The notes under the pieces were generated by a model. It searched no databases, was not told the DNA's origin, and was given only the letters and a program-made list of their open reading frames with translations. Positions 28,989 to 38,161 of a DNA stretch of 64,000 nt are shown here, in pieces. Source of the stretch: Candidatus Latescibacterota bacterium (lineage in GTDB: Bacteria; Latescibacterota; UBA2968; UBA8231); assembly GCA_965219385.1 (NCBI GenBank), contig CBDCNM010000002.1:2040936-2104935 (forward strand), read 5' to 3'. Each line of letters starts with the position of its first letter. Position 1 is the stretch's first letter. The translations under genes and the position numbers were made by a program.

Positions 28989-29810
28989 ATGGCCGACGGA
29001 CGCAACCTGGTCCAGCGCATAATTTCCGCCTGTGTCTTTGTACCCTTGATCGTGGTGCTGGTCGCGGTGGGGGGGTGGGCTCTTTTCCTGCTGGTTGTGG
29101 GTGTGGTCGGGCGCTGCGCCTGGGAATTTTACCACCTGGCCAGAGCGGCGGGATATCGCCCCGCGGGCCGCATCGGCTTACTGCTGGCCCTGGGTCTTTG
29201 CGTCTGGGTATACGCTTGGGGGGCCGGGGGGTTGTTCCAGTTCCTGATGGTTGCGACCCTCCTCTGCCTGGCAGCAGTCCTGCGATCGGGCACTGAAAAC
29301 TACGCGAGCAATGCTCTGCTGACCCTGGGCGGAGTGCTCTACCTGGGGTTGCTGGGCAGCGCCCCCTTGCTGATCGTCCACCAGGCAGGCCCCGAGCACG
29401 GCGGAGACGTCGGCTATTTGCTGGCCGTGATCTTCCTCGGCATCTGGCTGGCGGATTCGGCGGCCTACTTGTGTGGCCGTCGGTGGGGCAGGATAAAACT
29501 GGTGCCCGCCATCAGCCCGTGCAAGACCGTGGTGGGACTGGTCGCCGGATTGCTCGGCGGTCTGTTGCCTTTATCGCTGTACGGGTTTATAGCTGTGCTC
29601 AAACCCGTGGAACTCCTGGGGCTGCTCTTGCTGACCGGCGCCGGTGCCCAGGTAGGCGATCTGGTCGAATCGGCCATCAAGCGCGACCTGGGGGTCAAGG
29701 ACGCGCCGGCTTTGATCCCGGGACACGGAGGGGCTCTGGATCGCTTCGATTCTTATTTTTTTGCCTTTCCACTGGCTTATGTGTATATAGAACTCATCGG
29801 GGGTTTCTGA
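28989..29810 (+). CDS. cdsA: Phosphatidate cytidylyltransferase
   Basis: DSAAY, ISPCKT, GDLVESAIKR...KD...IPGHGGALDRFDS. Confidence 0.95.
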   Translation: MADGRNLVQRIISACVFVPLIVVLVAVGGWALFLLVVGVVGRCAWEFYHLARAAGYRPAGRIGLLLALGLCVWVYAWGAGGLFQFLMVATLLCLAAVLRSGTENYASNALLTLGGVLYLGLLGSAPLLIVHQAGPEHGGDVGYLLAVIFLGIWLADSAAYLCGRRWGRIKLVPAISPCKTVVGLVAGLLGGLLPLSLYGFIAVLKPVELLGLLLLTGAGAQVGDLVESAIKRDLGVKDAPALIPGHGGALDRFDSYFFAFPLAYVYIELIGGF

Positions 29811-29825
29811 GATATTAGGTATACC

Positions 29826-31142
29826 ATGCTGGATTATCTCATCAATTATCCACTCTATTTCATTATTGCCCTGGGCATTCTCGTCTTCGTGCACGAACTG
29901 GGGCACTTCCTGGTAGCCAAAAAAGCGGGCATCCGGGTCGAGCGCTTCTCCTTGGGCTTTCCTCCCAAGATGGTCGGGATCCAGGTCGGCGAGACCGAGT
30001 ACTGCCTTTCCTGGATTCCTTTCGGCGGCTACGTCAAAGTCGCTGGCATGGCCGATATCGGCGCCAATTCGGCCACCGGAGAGCCGTGGGAATTCCCTGC
30101 CAAACCGATCTGGGTGCGCATGGCCGTGATCTTTGCCGGGCCCTTCATGAACTTCGTCTTTGCTTTCTTTGCCCTGGTCTTCATCTTTTTGTACTTCGGC
30201 ATCGATACCTTCCAGAGCACCACGGTGGTCCCGGTGCAGAACTCCCTGAGCGAGGCGGCCGGCATCCAGGCCAGAGACCGGATTCTGAGGGTTGACGGGC
30301 GGGAAGTAAGCAACCGATACGAGCTGTCGCAAGCCCTGATGGAAAGCGCTGTCGAAGGGGTCCTGCTGGAGATAGAACGCCAGGGCCGGATAGTGACCAT
30401 CGAACTGCCGTCCCCCGGCCAGGAAGACTATGGCCTGGAGATCCTGGCGCCCACCCTGGTGGGCTCGCTGGAATCCGGCATGCCGGCTGAAAAGACCGGG
30501 CTCCAGGAGGGAGACCGCATCACCATGGTCGCCGGGGAACCGGTCTACAGCTGGAATGAGATGAGCACGGTCATCCGCCGTCACCCAGGGCAAACCATCC
30601 AGATCGCCTGGGAGCGCGACGGGCGGCTCATGGAGACGGAAATCACCCCGGTCGAACGCACCTTGGGAGAGCAAACCATAGGCCTGATCGGCATAGGCCT
30701 GCACACCTCTCGCGCCCAGGTCGGTGTGGGGGAGGCCCTGGTCCTGGGGGCCGAGGGTGTGTACCGATCTTCGTGGCTCATTCTGGACTTTCTCGGGGAG
30801 CTTTTCCAGGGCGACCGTTCCACCGAAGAGCTGGGCGGCCCCCTGCGGATCGCCCAGCTGGCCCAGCAGACCGCCGAGCAAGGGCTGTCTCACTTCATCG
30901 GTTTTCTGGCCTTGCTCAGCGTCAATCTGGCGGTGCTCAACCTCTTGCCCATCCCCGTTCTGGACGGAGGGCACATGGCTTTTCTGACCCTCGAAGCCAT
31001 CATGCGTCGGCCCCTTTCCCCGAGAATGCGCGAGCTCGCTCAGCAGATCGGTCTGGCCCTCATGCTCGGCATCATGGTCCTGGTCACCTTCAACGACTTG
31101 AGACAGATGGTCTTCCACCACATCGTAGAGTTTTTTCACTAA
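29826..31142 (+). CDS. rseP: RIP metalloprotease RseP with two PDZ domains
   Basis: HELGH, PFGGYV, AGPFMN, NLLPIPVLDGGH. Confidence 0.95.
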   Translation: MLDYLINYPLYFIIALGILVFVHELGHFLVAKKAGIRVERFSLGFPPKMVGIQVGETEYCLSWIPFGGYVKVAGMADIGANSATGEPWEFPAKPIWVRMAVIFAGPFMNFVFAFFALVFIFLYFGIDTFQSTTVVPVQNSLSEAAGIQARDRILRVDGREVSNRYELSQALMESAVEGVLLEIERQGRIVTIELPSPGQEDYGLEILAPTLVGSLESGMPAEKTGLQEGDRITMVAGEPVYSWNEMSTVIRRHPGQTIQIAWERDGRLMETEITPVERTLGEQTIGLIGIGLHTSRAQVGVGEALVLGAEGVYRSSWLILDFLGELFQGDRSTEELGGPLRIAQLAQQTAEQGLSHFIGFLALLSVNLAVLNLLPIPVLDGGHMAFLTLEAIMRRPLSPRMRELAQQIGLALMLGIMVLVTFNDLRQMVFHHIVEFFH

Positions 31143-31188
31143 CCCTGATTTTTTATCTGCGCGGATTTAAACCTCGCATCCTCCCCGC

Positions 31189-32304
31189 ATGACCCTCAGC
31201 GAAAAAATCCGTTCAAAAGCCCGGGAACTGGGGTTCGAACAGGTCGGCTTCGCTCCGGCCGACCCGCTCGCAGGGGCCGAATTTTATGCGCGCTGGGTGG
31301 CCCTGGGCTTTGCCGGGGAGATGGACTATCTCAAGCGCAACCTGGAAAAGCGGGCCGACCCTGCGCAGATGGTGCCGGGTGCCCGGACCGTGATCTGCCT
31401 GGGCATGAACTACTACCAGGAAACCCCGCCGTCCAGCGATCCTCTCAGGGCCAAAATCGCCTGTTACGCCCGCGGCGACGACTACCACGACCTGATCAAA
31501 AAGCGGCTCTTTGTCCTGTGGGACTGGATCCGGGAGACTGCGGGAGGACCGGTCAATGGCCGGGTCTACGTCGACACCGCCCCCGTCCTCGAACGCGAAC
31601 TGGCACAGCGCGCCGGCCTGGGCTGGTGGGGCAAGAACACTTGCCTGATCAACCGCCAAAAGGGGTCTTTCTTCTTCCTGGCCGAAATCTTCCTGGACCT
31701 CGAGCTGGACTACGACGAACCGGCCACCGACCACTGCGGCACCTGTACCCGCTGTCTGGATGCCTGTCCCACCGATGCCTTCCCCGAACCCTATGTCCTA
31801 GATTCCACCCGCTGCATAGCCTACCTGACCATCGAACTCAAAGGTGCGATCCCACCTGCTCTGCGCCCGGACATGGGCCAGTGGGTCTTTGGCTGCGATA
31901 TCTGCCAGGATGTGTGCCCGTGGAACGGACGCGCCCAGACCGCGGCCGAAGCGGCCTTCCAGGTCCGCCCGGGTCTGGACCAGCCCTCCCTGATCCGCCT
32001 GCTCGAAATGGATCAAACGGCCTTCGACCAGCAGTTCCACCACAATCCCGCAAAACGTCCCAAACGCGCTGGTTTTCTGCGCAACGTGGCCGTGGCGCTG
32101 GGCAACTCCGGCGCAAAGGCCGCCGTACCTGCCCTGGTCAAGGCTTTGCAAGACCCCGAGGCCCTGGTGCGGAGCCACGCGGCCTGGGCCCTGGGCAGGA
32201 TCGGGGGGGAAAAGGCTAAAGAGGCCCTGAAACAGGCCCTGAAACAGGAGGGTGATGCCGAAGTTGTGGAGGAGATTCAGGAAGCGCTGGAAGGGCTGAG
32301 CTAA
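31189..32304 (+). CDS. queG: Epoxyqueuosine reductase with C-terminal HEAT repeats
   Basis: YARGDDYH, YVDTAPVLER, CGTCTRCLDACP, FGCDICQDVCPWN. Confidence 0.95.
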   Translation: MTLSEKIRSKARELGFEQVGFAPADPLAGAEFYARWVALGFAGEMDYLKRNLEKRADPAQMVPGARTVICLGMNYYQETPPSSDPLRAKIACYARGDDYHDLIKKRLFVLWDWIRETAGGPVNGRVYVDTAPVLERELAQRAGLGWWGKNTCLINRQKGSFFFLAEIFLDLELDYDEPATDHCGTCTRCLDACPTDAFPEPYVLDSTRCIAYLTIELKGAIPPALRPDMGQWVFGCDICQDVCPWNGRAQTAAEAAFQVRPGLDQPSLIRLLEMDQTAFDQQFHHNPAKRPKRAGFLRNVAVALGNSGAKAAVPALVKALQDPEALVRSHAAWALGRIGGEKAKEALKQALKQEGDAEVVEEIQEALEGLS

Positions 32305-33227
32305 TCAAACATCGCCCGGACAAAGACCTCGCCGTCGAAGGGTTGCAAATCGTCCACCGCCTCGCCTACCCCGATCAACTTCACCGGAAGATCCAGCTCG
32401 CGGCGCAAAGCCAGGGCAATACCCCCCTTGGCCGTGCCGTCCAGCTTGGTCAGCACCAGCCCGCTGAGCTCGGCAACCTGGTTGAATTGGCGCGCCTGCG
32501 TTATGGTATTCTGCCCGGTCGTGGCATCCAGGACCAGCAAGGTCTCGTGCGGCGCTTCGGGGTCCTGCCTGGTCAGGGAACGGCGAATCTTCTTGAGCTC
32601 CTCCATCAAGTTCACCTTGTTGTGAAGGCGCCCCGCCGTATCTACCAGCAGCACGTCGATAGCGCGCGCCCTGGCCGCGGATAGAGCGTCAAAAGCCACC
32701 GCTGCCGGATCAGCGCCCTGCCGGGGTTGTAGCATGTCCGCCCCTGCCCGCTCGGCCCAGACTTTCAGCTGGGGAATGGCGGCCGCCCGGAAGGTATCGC
32801 AGGCCGCCACCATCACCTTGTGGCCGGCGTCTGCATATTGCTTGGCCAGCTTGCCCACGGTCGTGGTCTTGCCCACGCCGTTCACCCCGACCACCAGGAT
32901 CACAAAGGGCCGTCCGGGCAGCGGCCCGGCGAATTCGATCCCCTTGTCCAGGGCCACCCTTTGGGTCAGTTCGCTCTTGAGTAGCTCGAAAATTCCTGCG
33001 GCGCCGTCTTCGATTTCCCCCTGGAGCAGGCGCTCTCGCAGTTCGTCAATGATCTCCATCGAGGTTTCCAGCCCCACGTCGGCCTGGATCAGAATACCCT
33101 CGATCTCATCAACCATTTCGTCGTCGAGACGGGTACTGCCCCCCACCACCGCCGCAATACCGTCCGCCATTGCACTCCGGGTTTTTGCGAGCCCGTCTTT
33201 TACTTTGTCGAGAAACCTGCCCAGCAT
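32301..33227 (-). CDS. ftsY: SRP receptor FtsY
   Basis: GVNGVGKTTT, DTFRAAA, DTAGR, TKLDGTAKGG. Confidence 0.96.
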   Translation of the reverse strand: MLGRFLDKVKDGLAKTRSAMADGIAAVVGGSTRLDDEMVDEIEGILIQADVGLETSMEIIDELRERLLQGEIEDGAAGIFELLKSELTQRVALDKGIEFAGPLPGRPFVILVVGVNGVGKTTTVGKLAKQYADAGHKVMVAACDTFRAAAIPQLKVWAERAGADMLQPRQGADPAAVAFDALSAARARAIDVLLVDTAGRLHNKVNLMEELKKIRRSLTRQDPEAPHETLLVLDATTGQNTITQARQFNQVAELSGLVLTKLDGTAKGGIALALRRELDLPVKLIGVGEAVDDLQPFDGEVFVRAMFD

Positions 33228-33326
33228 ATTCGTCCTTTTACTTTTTTAGCACTTCTTCCTCAAAGGATACTTGACGGCCTTGTTTTGTCAAGGGGGTCTC
33301 CCCCCTTTCAGAATGGGTCTACCGCC

Positions 33327-33355
33327 TTGACTTTTGCAGGGATGAAGCCTACTTT
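33327..33355 (+). promoter_or_regulatory. Putative sigma-70 promoter
   Basis: TTGACT-17 nt-TACTTT, divergent from ftsY and pointing toward the island and rib operon. Confidence 0.5.
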
Positions 33356-33420
33356 TTGAGCTTCTGATAAGAGAAACCTACTGCCTTGCGGCCAAACATT
33401 TTAACACCTGCCATATTAAC

Positions 33421-33449
33421 TGGAGTTGACCCGATTTCGTGGACACCCC
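33421..33449 (+). mobile_element. IS3-family terminal inverted-repeat-like remnant
   Basis: TGGAGTTGACCCGATTTCGTGGACACCCC resembles the TG...CC...GTGGACAC pattern of IS3-family ends. It abuts a truncated SDR gene. No transposase present. Confidence 0.55.
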
Positions 33450-33454
33450 ATTGC

Positions 33455-33559
33455 CAGCCCGAAGACATGGCCCGCTACGCCCTCTTTTTGGCCTCGGACG
33501 ACGCCCGCCACATCACCGGCGAAATCATCGACGTCAACGGCGGCCTGTTCATGGACTGA
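33455..33559 (+). pseudogene. 3' fragment of an SDR/FabG-like oxidoreductase
   Basis: Reads QPEDMARYALFLASDDARHITGEIIDVNGGLFMD*, a classic SDR C-terminus. No 5' portion. Confidence 0.85.
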
Positions 33560-33660
33560 AATCACCGGGCTTGGAGGACGGAAGAAGGATTGCGTGCGCT
33601 CAGTGAATAGAGTACATTGGCGGACAATCGAGTCAGATTCAGCATGTAAAGGAAACTTCA

Positions 33661-34365
33661 ATGCCTTATTGCTATACCGATCATCGCTGGCACCTCGGCA
33701 GCACTAGCAGTAGTGGCATTCCTTGTTTCAAAGAGACATCTCAAGGGCAAGACACTCGCCGTCCTTGGCGAACACAGAGTAGGCAAGACCTGTTTAATTG
33801 ATTTCCTTACCACGGGCTCCATACCGAAGGAGTATAATCCTACTCAATATGCACAAAAAGTTCCCGGTCGCCGTTTTCAACTCAGAGAGCTAAAATTGAA
33901 CATTCCGCCTTTGAAACAATTGCCAGGTTTTTCTGAGGGGTACTCCGTCTGGAAAGAGGCCGTCTCCGAGGCGGATATAGTCCTGTATCTTCTTCGGGTA
34001 GATCAACTCATGGCAAGCCATAAACCTACCGAAAACCGCGTCCAGAAGGATATACGTCAAATTAAAAAATGGCTGGACAAACTCGAGGAAGAGGACAAAC
34101 GCAAGAAATATCCTCTTTTTATTATTGGAACCCACTGCGATCTTACCGATCCCGACTTTACTACCTTGCCAAAAGATCAAACCGGGAGTTATGTGGACAA
34201 GGTGCGTTACATGCCTATCTTCCAAAGATGATTGAACTACTTGGAGGTGGTGGGAGTAAGGTAAGATTCGTGTTCGGTAGCTTAAAGACGCCGGATACGA
34301 CGGAGGATCTGGTATATCGGTTGTTTTACCAGATAAGAACTTATAAGGATAAAAAGCCAACATGA
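33661..34365 (+). pseudogene. Membrane-anchored small GTPase (Rho/Roc-like), two frameshifts
   Basis: AAGGA SD and ATG at 33661, one base out of frame with LIAIPIIAGTSAALAVVAFL (TM). G1 GEHRVGKT, G2 YNPT, G3 QLPG, G4 THCD. After a shift at ~34224-34226 it continues to a G5-like GSLK and ends in an ATGA overlap with the next gene. Confidence 0.8.
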
Positions 34366-34898
34366 AAAATCTCGCCCTGTCGTTTCTGTCGTTTCGCGCT
34401 CAAAGACTGGACAATCAAGATCCCGACCACATGGAGCTAGATCAGCGCTCACTTGCGGAAGAGGACGGGGCCGAACGCCAGGAGCTAGCCCGACAAATCT
34501 CGAAAGTCTCCCTAGACGGCTCCCAGGTCTTCTCTGAAGAGTCTCACGCCGCGTTTCTACTCGACGACAAGTTCCTCTTGAAGACTCCCTCGGATCAGTT
34601 GGACGATGCCGGCAGGATCGCACCGATTGTATGTTATGGTCGTGTGCCGGAACCGCCCCCGGCGTCGTGGTCTGGCGATGTGGTCAATGCTGTGGTCGGC
34701 TTCGCCGAGCGTATCGGGAGAACTATTTCAGCCAAAAGCCAAGAGATAGCTGGTCATGGTGTTGATGCTATCTTAGCAGAGGCGTAAAAAAAACAGGACA
34801 GGATGCGCGTAATGGGAAAGCTGCTGTGGGGAGCGGGGGTCTTGGTGATCGTACTAGCAGTGCTCGGGGTGATCTACAAAATCCTTTTCAGAGAGTAA
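34362..34898 (+). pseudogene. Tail-anchored hypothetical protein with premature stop
   Basis: 141-aa ORF stops at TAA 34785-34787, but the same frame continues KKQDRMRVMGKLLWGAGVLVIVLAVLGVIYKILFRE* (TM tail). Confidence 0.72.
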
Positions 34899-34975
34899 GG
34901 AAAAAACCCAAGACGCGGCGTCATCATTCAGAGCCTCGTCCAGAACCGACGCACCCAACACTAAGGAGACGCAGC

Positions 34976-35535
34976 ATGGCCGATGATAGTACATGGCCGA
35001 ACGAACCCCATCGCCGCAAAACTGTGCTGGTACTGAACCAGCAAGCTATCGACGCTCTACGCTTTGAAGAGGGCGGAGCTGATCTCCTACTCAACGAAGA
35101 AGTGTACATCCTTCCTTCTTCTTTGAAGGAGGCCAACCCCGTCGTACAAGATTTAATTGAGAGTGGGCTTGTACAGCCGGGTGCTGTACTGATTCAAAGC
35201 CCCTTCGATAAGAATATATACGGAAATTCAATACAAGCTGTGGAGCGTTTTGCGCTGGCCAAACACCTGCACTTTTCCAAGTTATGTATGAACTTAGGTG
35301 CGCGTGAAGTTACAGTAGAGCAGATTGAGTTTAAAAATACCGAGGGTAGGGAAATCGTTTCTCTTCAAGGCGGCCTATCTATGAAGGGCGGTTGAACATG
35401 ACGAGTGAAGTAAAACGCAATTTTAATGTGCTGGCCAATCTTAATGTGCCCGCCTGTATCTCGCTGGAAGCCGGCTATGATCGCCATGTGCGCGAACAAA
35501 CAGAATTTACTCTCACTGTCAAAGTAGATTTCTGA
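34976..35535 (+). pseudogene. Beta-rich hypothetical protein, broken by frameshift or internal deletion
   Basis: TAAGGAG SD and ATG 34976. ORF ends at 35395. Another frame gives MTSEVKRNFNVLANLNVP...EFTLTVKVDF* (35398-35535), ending just before the next ATG at 35537. Confidence 0.65.
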
Positions 35536-35536
35536 A

Positions 35537-36201
35537 ATGAGTTCCATACAAGAAGAACTTGGGATGCTACTTGCCAAAGCAAAGCCAATGGAGCTTGGTG
35601 CTTTGGCAGGGATACTGGAGGCTAAAAGCCTCCGTCCTGATCATATCGTGGAGGCTTTTTGGCGGAACTGTCAATCCGTTTTTGGCTATCTGGGAGGAAG
35701 CGAACCCTCCTATTCCCAGATCGTCTGTCAAGTGGCAGAGAAACTCGGGATCGAGCATTTCGGGGTAAAAGTCGAAGATCTCGAGGTTGAGATTGCACGC
35801 AAGGTGTTTCAGACAGTTTGGGAGAAGATGACGCCAGATCAGAAAATGGCGATGGAAGCCGAGTTACAACGAGCAGCCCAGGAGTTCGACAAGGGCGGGG
35901 CACTGGCCGGAAGCACAAGCATCTTTACTGCCCTGACAGCGGCTCAACTATCCGGGTTTGGAGTCTATTTGCTCGCTTCCACAGCACTGGGCACCTTAAC
36001 AAGCGTGATAGGCATCACGCGCCATTTGCGGTTTACACCACCATGTCAAGCGCTATCGCTGTAATCATTGGTCCTGTCGGCTGGCTCGGCGCAGGGCTAT
36101 TCGCAATTTGGAAACTCACCGACGCGAATTACAAGCGGCTGATTCCTGCAATCCTCTACGTGTCGGCACTACGGGCAAAACAACAGGGCAATTTTTCCTG
36201 A
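35537..36201 (+). pseudogene. YaaW/UPF0174-like membrane protein, one frameshift
   Basis: YSQIVCQVAEKL, VWEKM, SGFGVY. A 1-nt loss at ~36020 breaks GIT(L)PFAVYT. Continues GPVGW...YKRLIPAILYVSALR. Confidence 0.78.
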
Positions 36202-36260
36202 CGGCCATATAACCCACTGCTGTTTTCAAAGGAAGCACAACAACAGGAAGGCGGCTTAAC

Positions 36261-36311
36261 CGTAGTGTCACATAATTATTGTGAAAATTTGTCACCTATT
36301 ATTGTGAGAAT
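36261..36311 (+). mobile_element. Transposon-end-like sequence (IS481/Tn7-type) with two internal direct repeats
   Basis: CGTAGTGTCAC start. TGTCACATAATTATTGTGAAAAT (36266-36288) and TGTCACCTATTATTGTGAGAAT (36290-36311). Lies at the right edge of the AT-richer island. Confidence 0.4.
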
Positions 36312-36428
36312 CCGGTAGATAGGGAATTCGGATATGGCGATCTCTGCGTCGATTACGTCCTCGCCGATGGGCACTGATCCGTTGCTGGGTCTTCTTGGCT
36401 TCGGCATCATTGCTGGTGTCTAGATAGT

Positions 36429-37523
36429 GTGAACCAGGACGCGACCTACATGCGCCGGGCCCTGCGCCAGGCTCAGAAAGGCCGGGGCCATGTCAGTCCC
36501 AATCCGCTGGTTGGGGCCGTGATCGTGCGCCATGGTCGCATTGTGGGAGAGGGCGCCCATCGGCGCGCAGGGGGGCCGCACGCCGAGGTGCACGCCCTTG
36601 CCCGGGCCGGCGACCAGGCTCGAGGCGCCGACCTTTACGTGACTCTGGAGCCCTGTTCGCACCACGGCCGCACCCCACCCTGCAGCGAAGCCGTCATCGG
36701 CGCCGGCATCAAACGCGTGGTCTGCGCTCTGCCAGACCCGGATTCCCGGGTGAGTGGATCGGGGCTGCAGCAGCTCCGGGATGCCGGTATAGAGGTAGAA
36801 GTCGGTCTGCTCCAGGCCGAGGCCCAACGCCAGAACGCGGCCTACCTCAAGCACCGGCAAAAGGGCCTGCCCCTGGTCATCCTGAAACTGGCTCAGACCC
36901 TGGATGGACAGATCGCCACGCACGCGGCCGACTCCCGCTGGATCACCGGCCCCAAGGCCCGCGGGCACGCCCATCGCTGGCGCGGCTGGGTTGACGGCAT
37001 CATGGTGGGCGCCGGCACCATTGCGGCCGACGACCCGCAGCTGAACGTGCGCCATGTGAAGGGCCGCGACCCGCGGCCCCTAGTAGTGGACGGCCGCCTC
37101 CGGGTATCTCCCGGCGCTCGAGTGTTCCAGCGTTCGGGCGCGGTGTTGATTACAGGGGCCGGCCATGCGCCCGCGGCCCTGACCCCCTTCGTAGATAGAG
37201 GGGTCGAGATCTGGACCTACGAGGCCCCACAGGGGCGCATTGATCTGCGCCAACCCCTGAAGGCGGCGGCCGAACAGGGAATGACGAGCATCGTGATCGA
37301 AGGCGGCGGCCAGCTGGCGGCTTCCGCCCTGCGGGACCGCGTTGTGGATCAGGTGATGATCTTTGTGGCTCCGCGAATTCTCGGTCGGGGTATTGCGGGA
37401 ATCGGCGACCTCGGTATCATAAGAATAGAAGACGCGATTGCCCTCGAAGAGGTGCAAACCCGACGTCTGGATATGGATCTACTCTACACGGCCAGGGTGA
37501 AGTACCCGTGTTCACTGGATTGA
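36429..37523 (+). CDS. ribD: Bifunctional deaminase/reductase RibD
   Basis: PNPLVGAV, HAE, TLEPCSHHGRTPPC, KLAQTLDG, IEGG. Confidence 0.95.
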   Translation: MNQDATYMRRALRQAQKGRGHVSPNPLVGAVIVRHGRIVGEGAHRRAGGPHAEVHALARAGDQARGADLYVTLEPCSHHGRTPPCSEAVIGAGIKRVVCALPDPDSRVSGSGLQQLRDAGIEVEVGLLQAEAQRQNAAYLKHRQKGLPLVILKLAQTLDGQIATHAADSRWITGPKARGHAHRWRGWVDGIMVGAGTIAADDPQLNVRHVKGRDPRPLVVDGRLRVSPGARVFQRSGAVLITGAGHAPAALTPFVDRGVEIWTYEAPQGRIDLRQPLKAAAEQGMTSIVIEGGGQLAASALRDRVVDQVMIFVAPRILGRGIAGIGDLGIIRIEDAIALEEVQTRRLDMDLLYTARVKYPCSLD

Positions 37524-38149
37524 TCGAAGAAGTCGGCCAGGTGCGCCGGCTGAGCCGGGAGGGCTCGTTTCAGCGCCTGATCATTGGCGCCCGGCGGGTG
37601 CTGGCCGATCTGCGCCTGGGAGACAGCGTCAACATCGACGGAGCCTGTCAGACCGTCGTGGACCTGGCAGCGGACAGCTTTGCGGTGGAATCCGTCGAGG
37701 AAACCCTGGAGCGCACCACCCTGGGCGAACTGCAGGTCGGCCGTCCCGTGAATCTGGAGCGCTCCCTGCGCCCCCAGGACCGCCTGGGCGGGCACCTCGT
37801 CCTGGGACACGTCGACGGGGTCGGCAGGATCAGCCGGCTGGAGCAACGCCAGCAAAACTGGATCCTGGCCATCGAGCCGCCGGCCGTTGTGGAACCCTAT
37901 ATCGCATCCAAGGGATCTATTGCCCTGGACGGCATCAGCCTCACCGTGGTAGAGGTCGGGACCGGGGACTTTACGGTGAGCGTGATTCCCCATACATTTG
38001 ACTTTACCACCCTGGCCCGGCGGCGGGTCGGAGACCGGGTCAACCTGGAGGTGGATATCATCGCCCGCTACGTGGAACGCCTCCTGACGGCGGACCGCGC
38101 TCCCGACCAGGGATTGACCGTGGAAAAACTGCGGGAAATGGGCTATTGA
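37508..38149 (+). CDS. ribE: Riboflavin synthase
   Basis: MFTGLIEE, GGHLVLGHVDG, KGSIALDGISLTV, VNLEVD. Confidence 0.95.
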   Translation: MFTGLIEEVGQVRRLSREGSFQRLIIGARRVLADLRLGDSVNIDGACQTVVDLAADSFAVESVEETLERTTLGELQVGRPVNLERSLRPQDRLGGHLVLGHVDGVGRISRLEQRQQNWILAIEPPAVVEPYIASKGSIALDGISLTVVEVGTGDFTVSVIPHTFDFTTLARRRVGDRVNLEVDIIARYVERLLTADRAPDQGLTVEKLREMGY

Positions 38150-38161
38150 AGCGTTTCTATT

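Noticed and set aside
34785..34787. Programmed stop readthrough or recoding in island gene 2
   Set aside because: The codon is TAA rather than TGA/TAG, other genes use TAA as a normal stop, and neighbouring genes carry independent lesions. Decay is the simpler explanation.
36334..36423. 29-codon ORF MAISASITSS...GIIAGV before ribD
   Set aside because: Too short, weak SD and no motif support.
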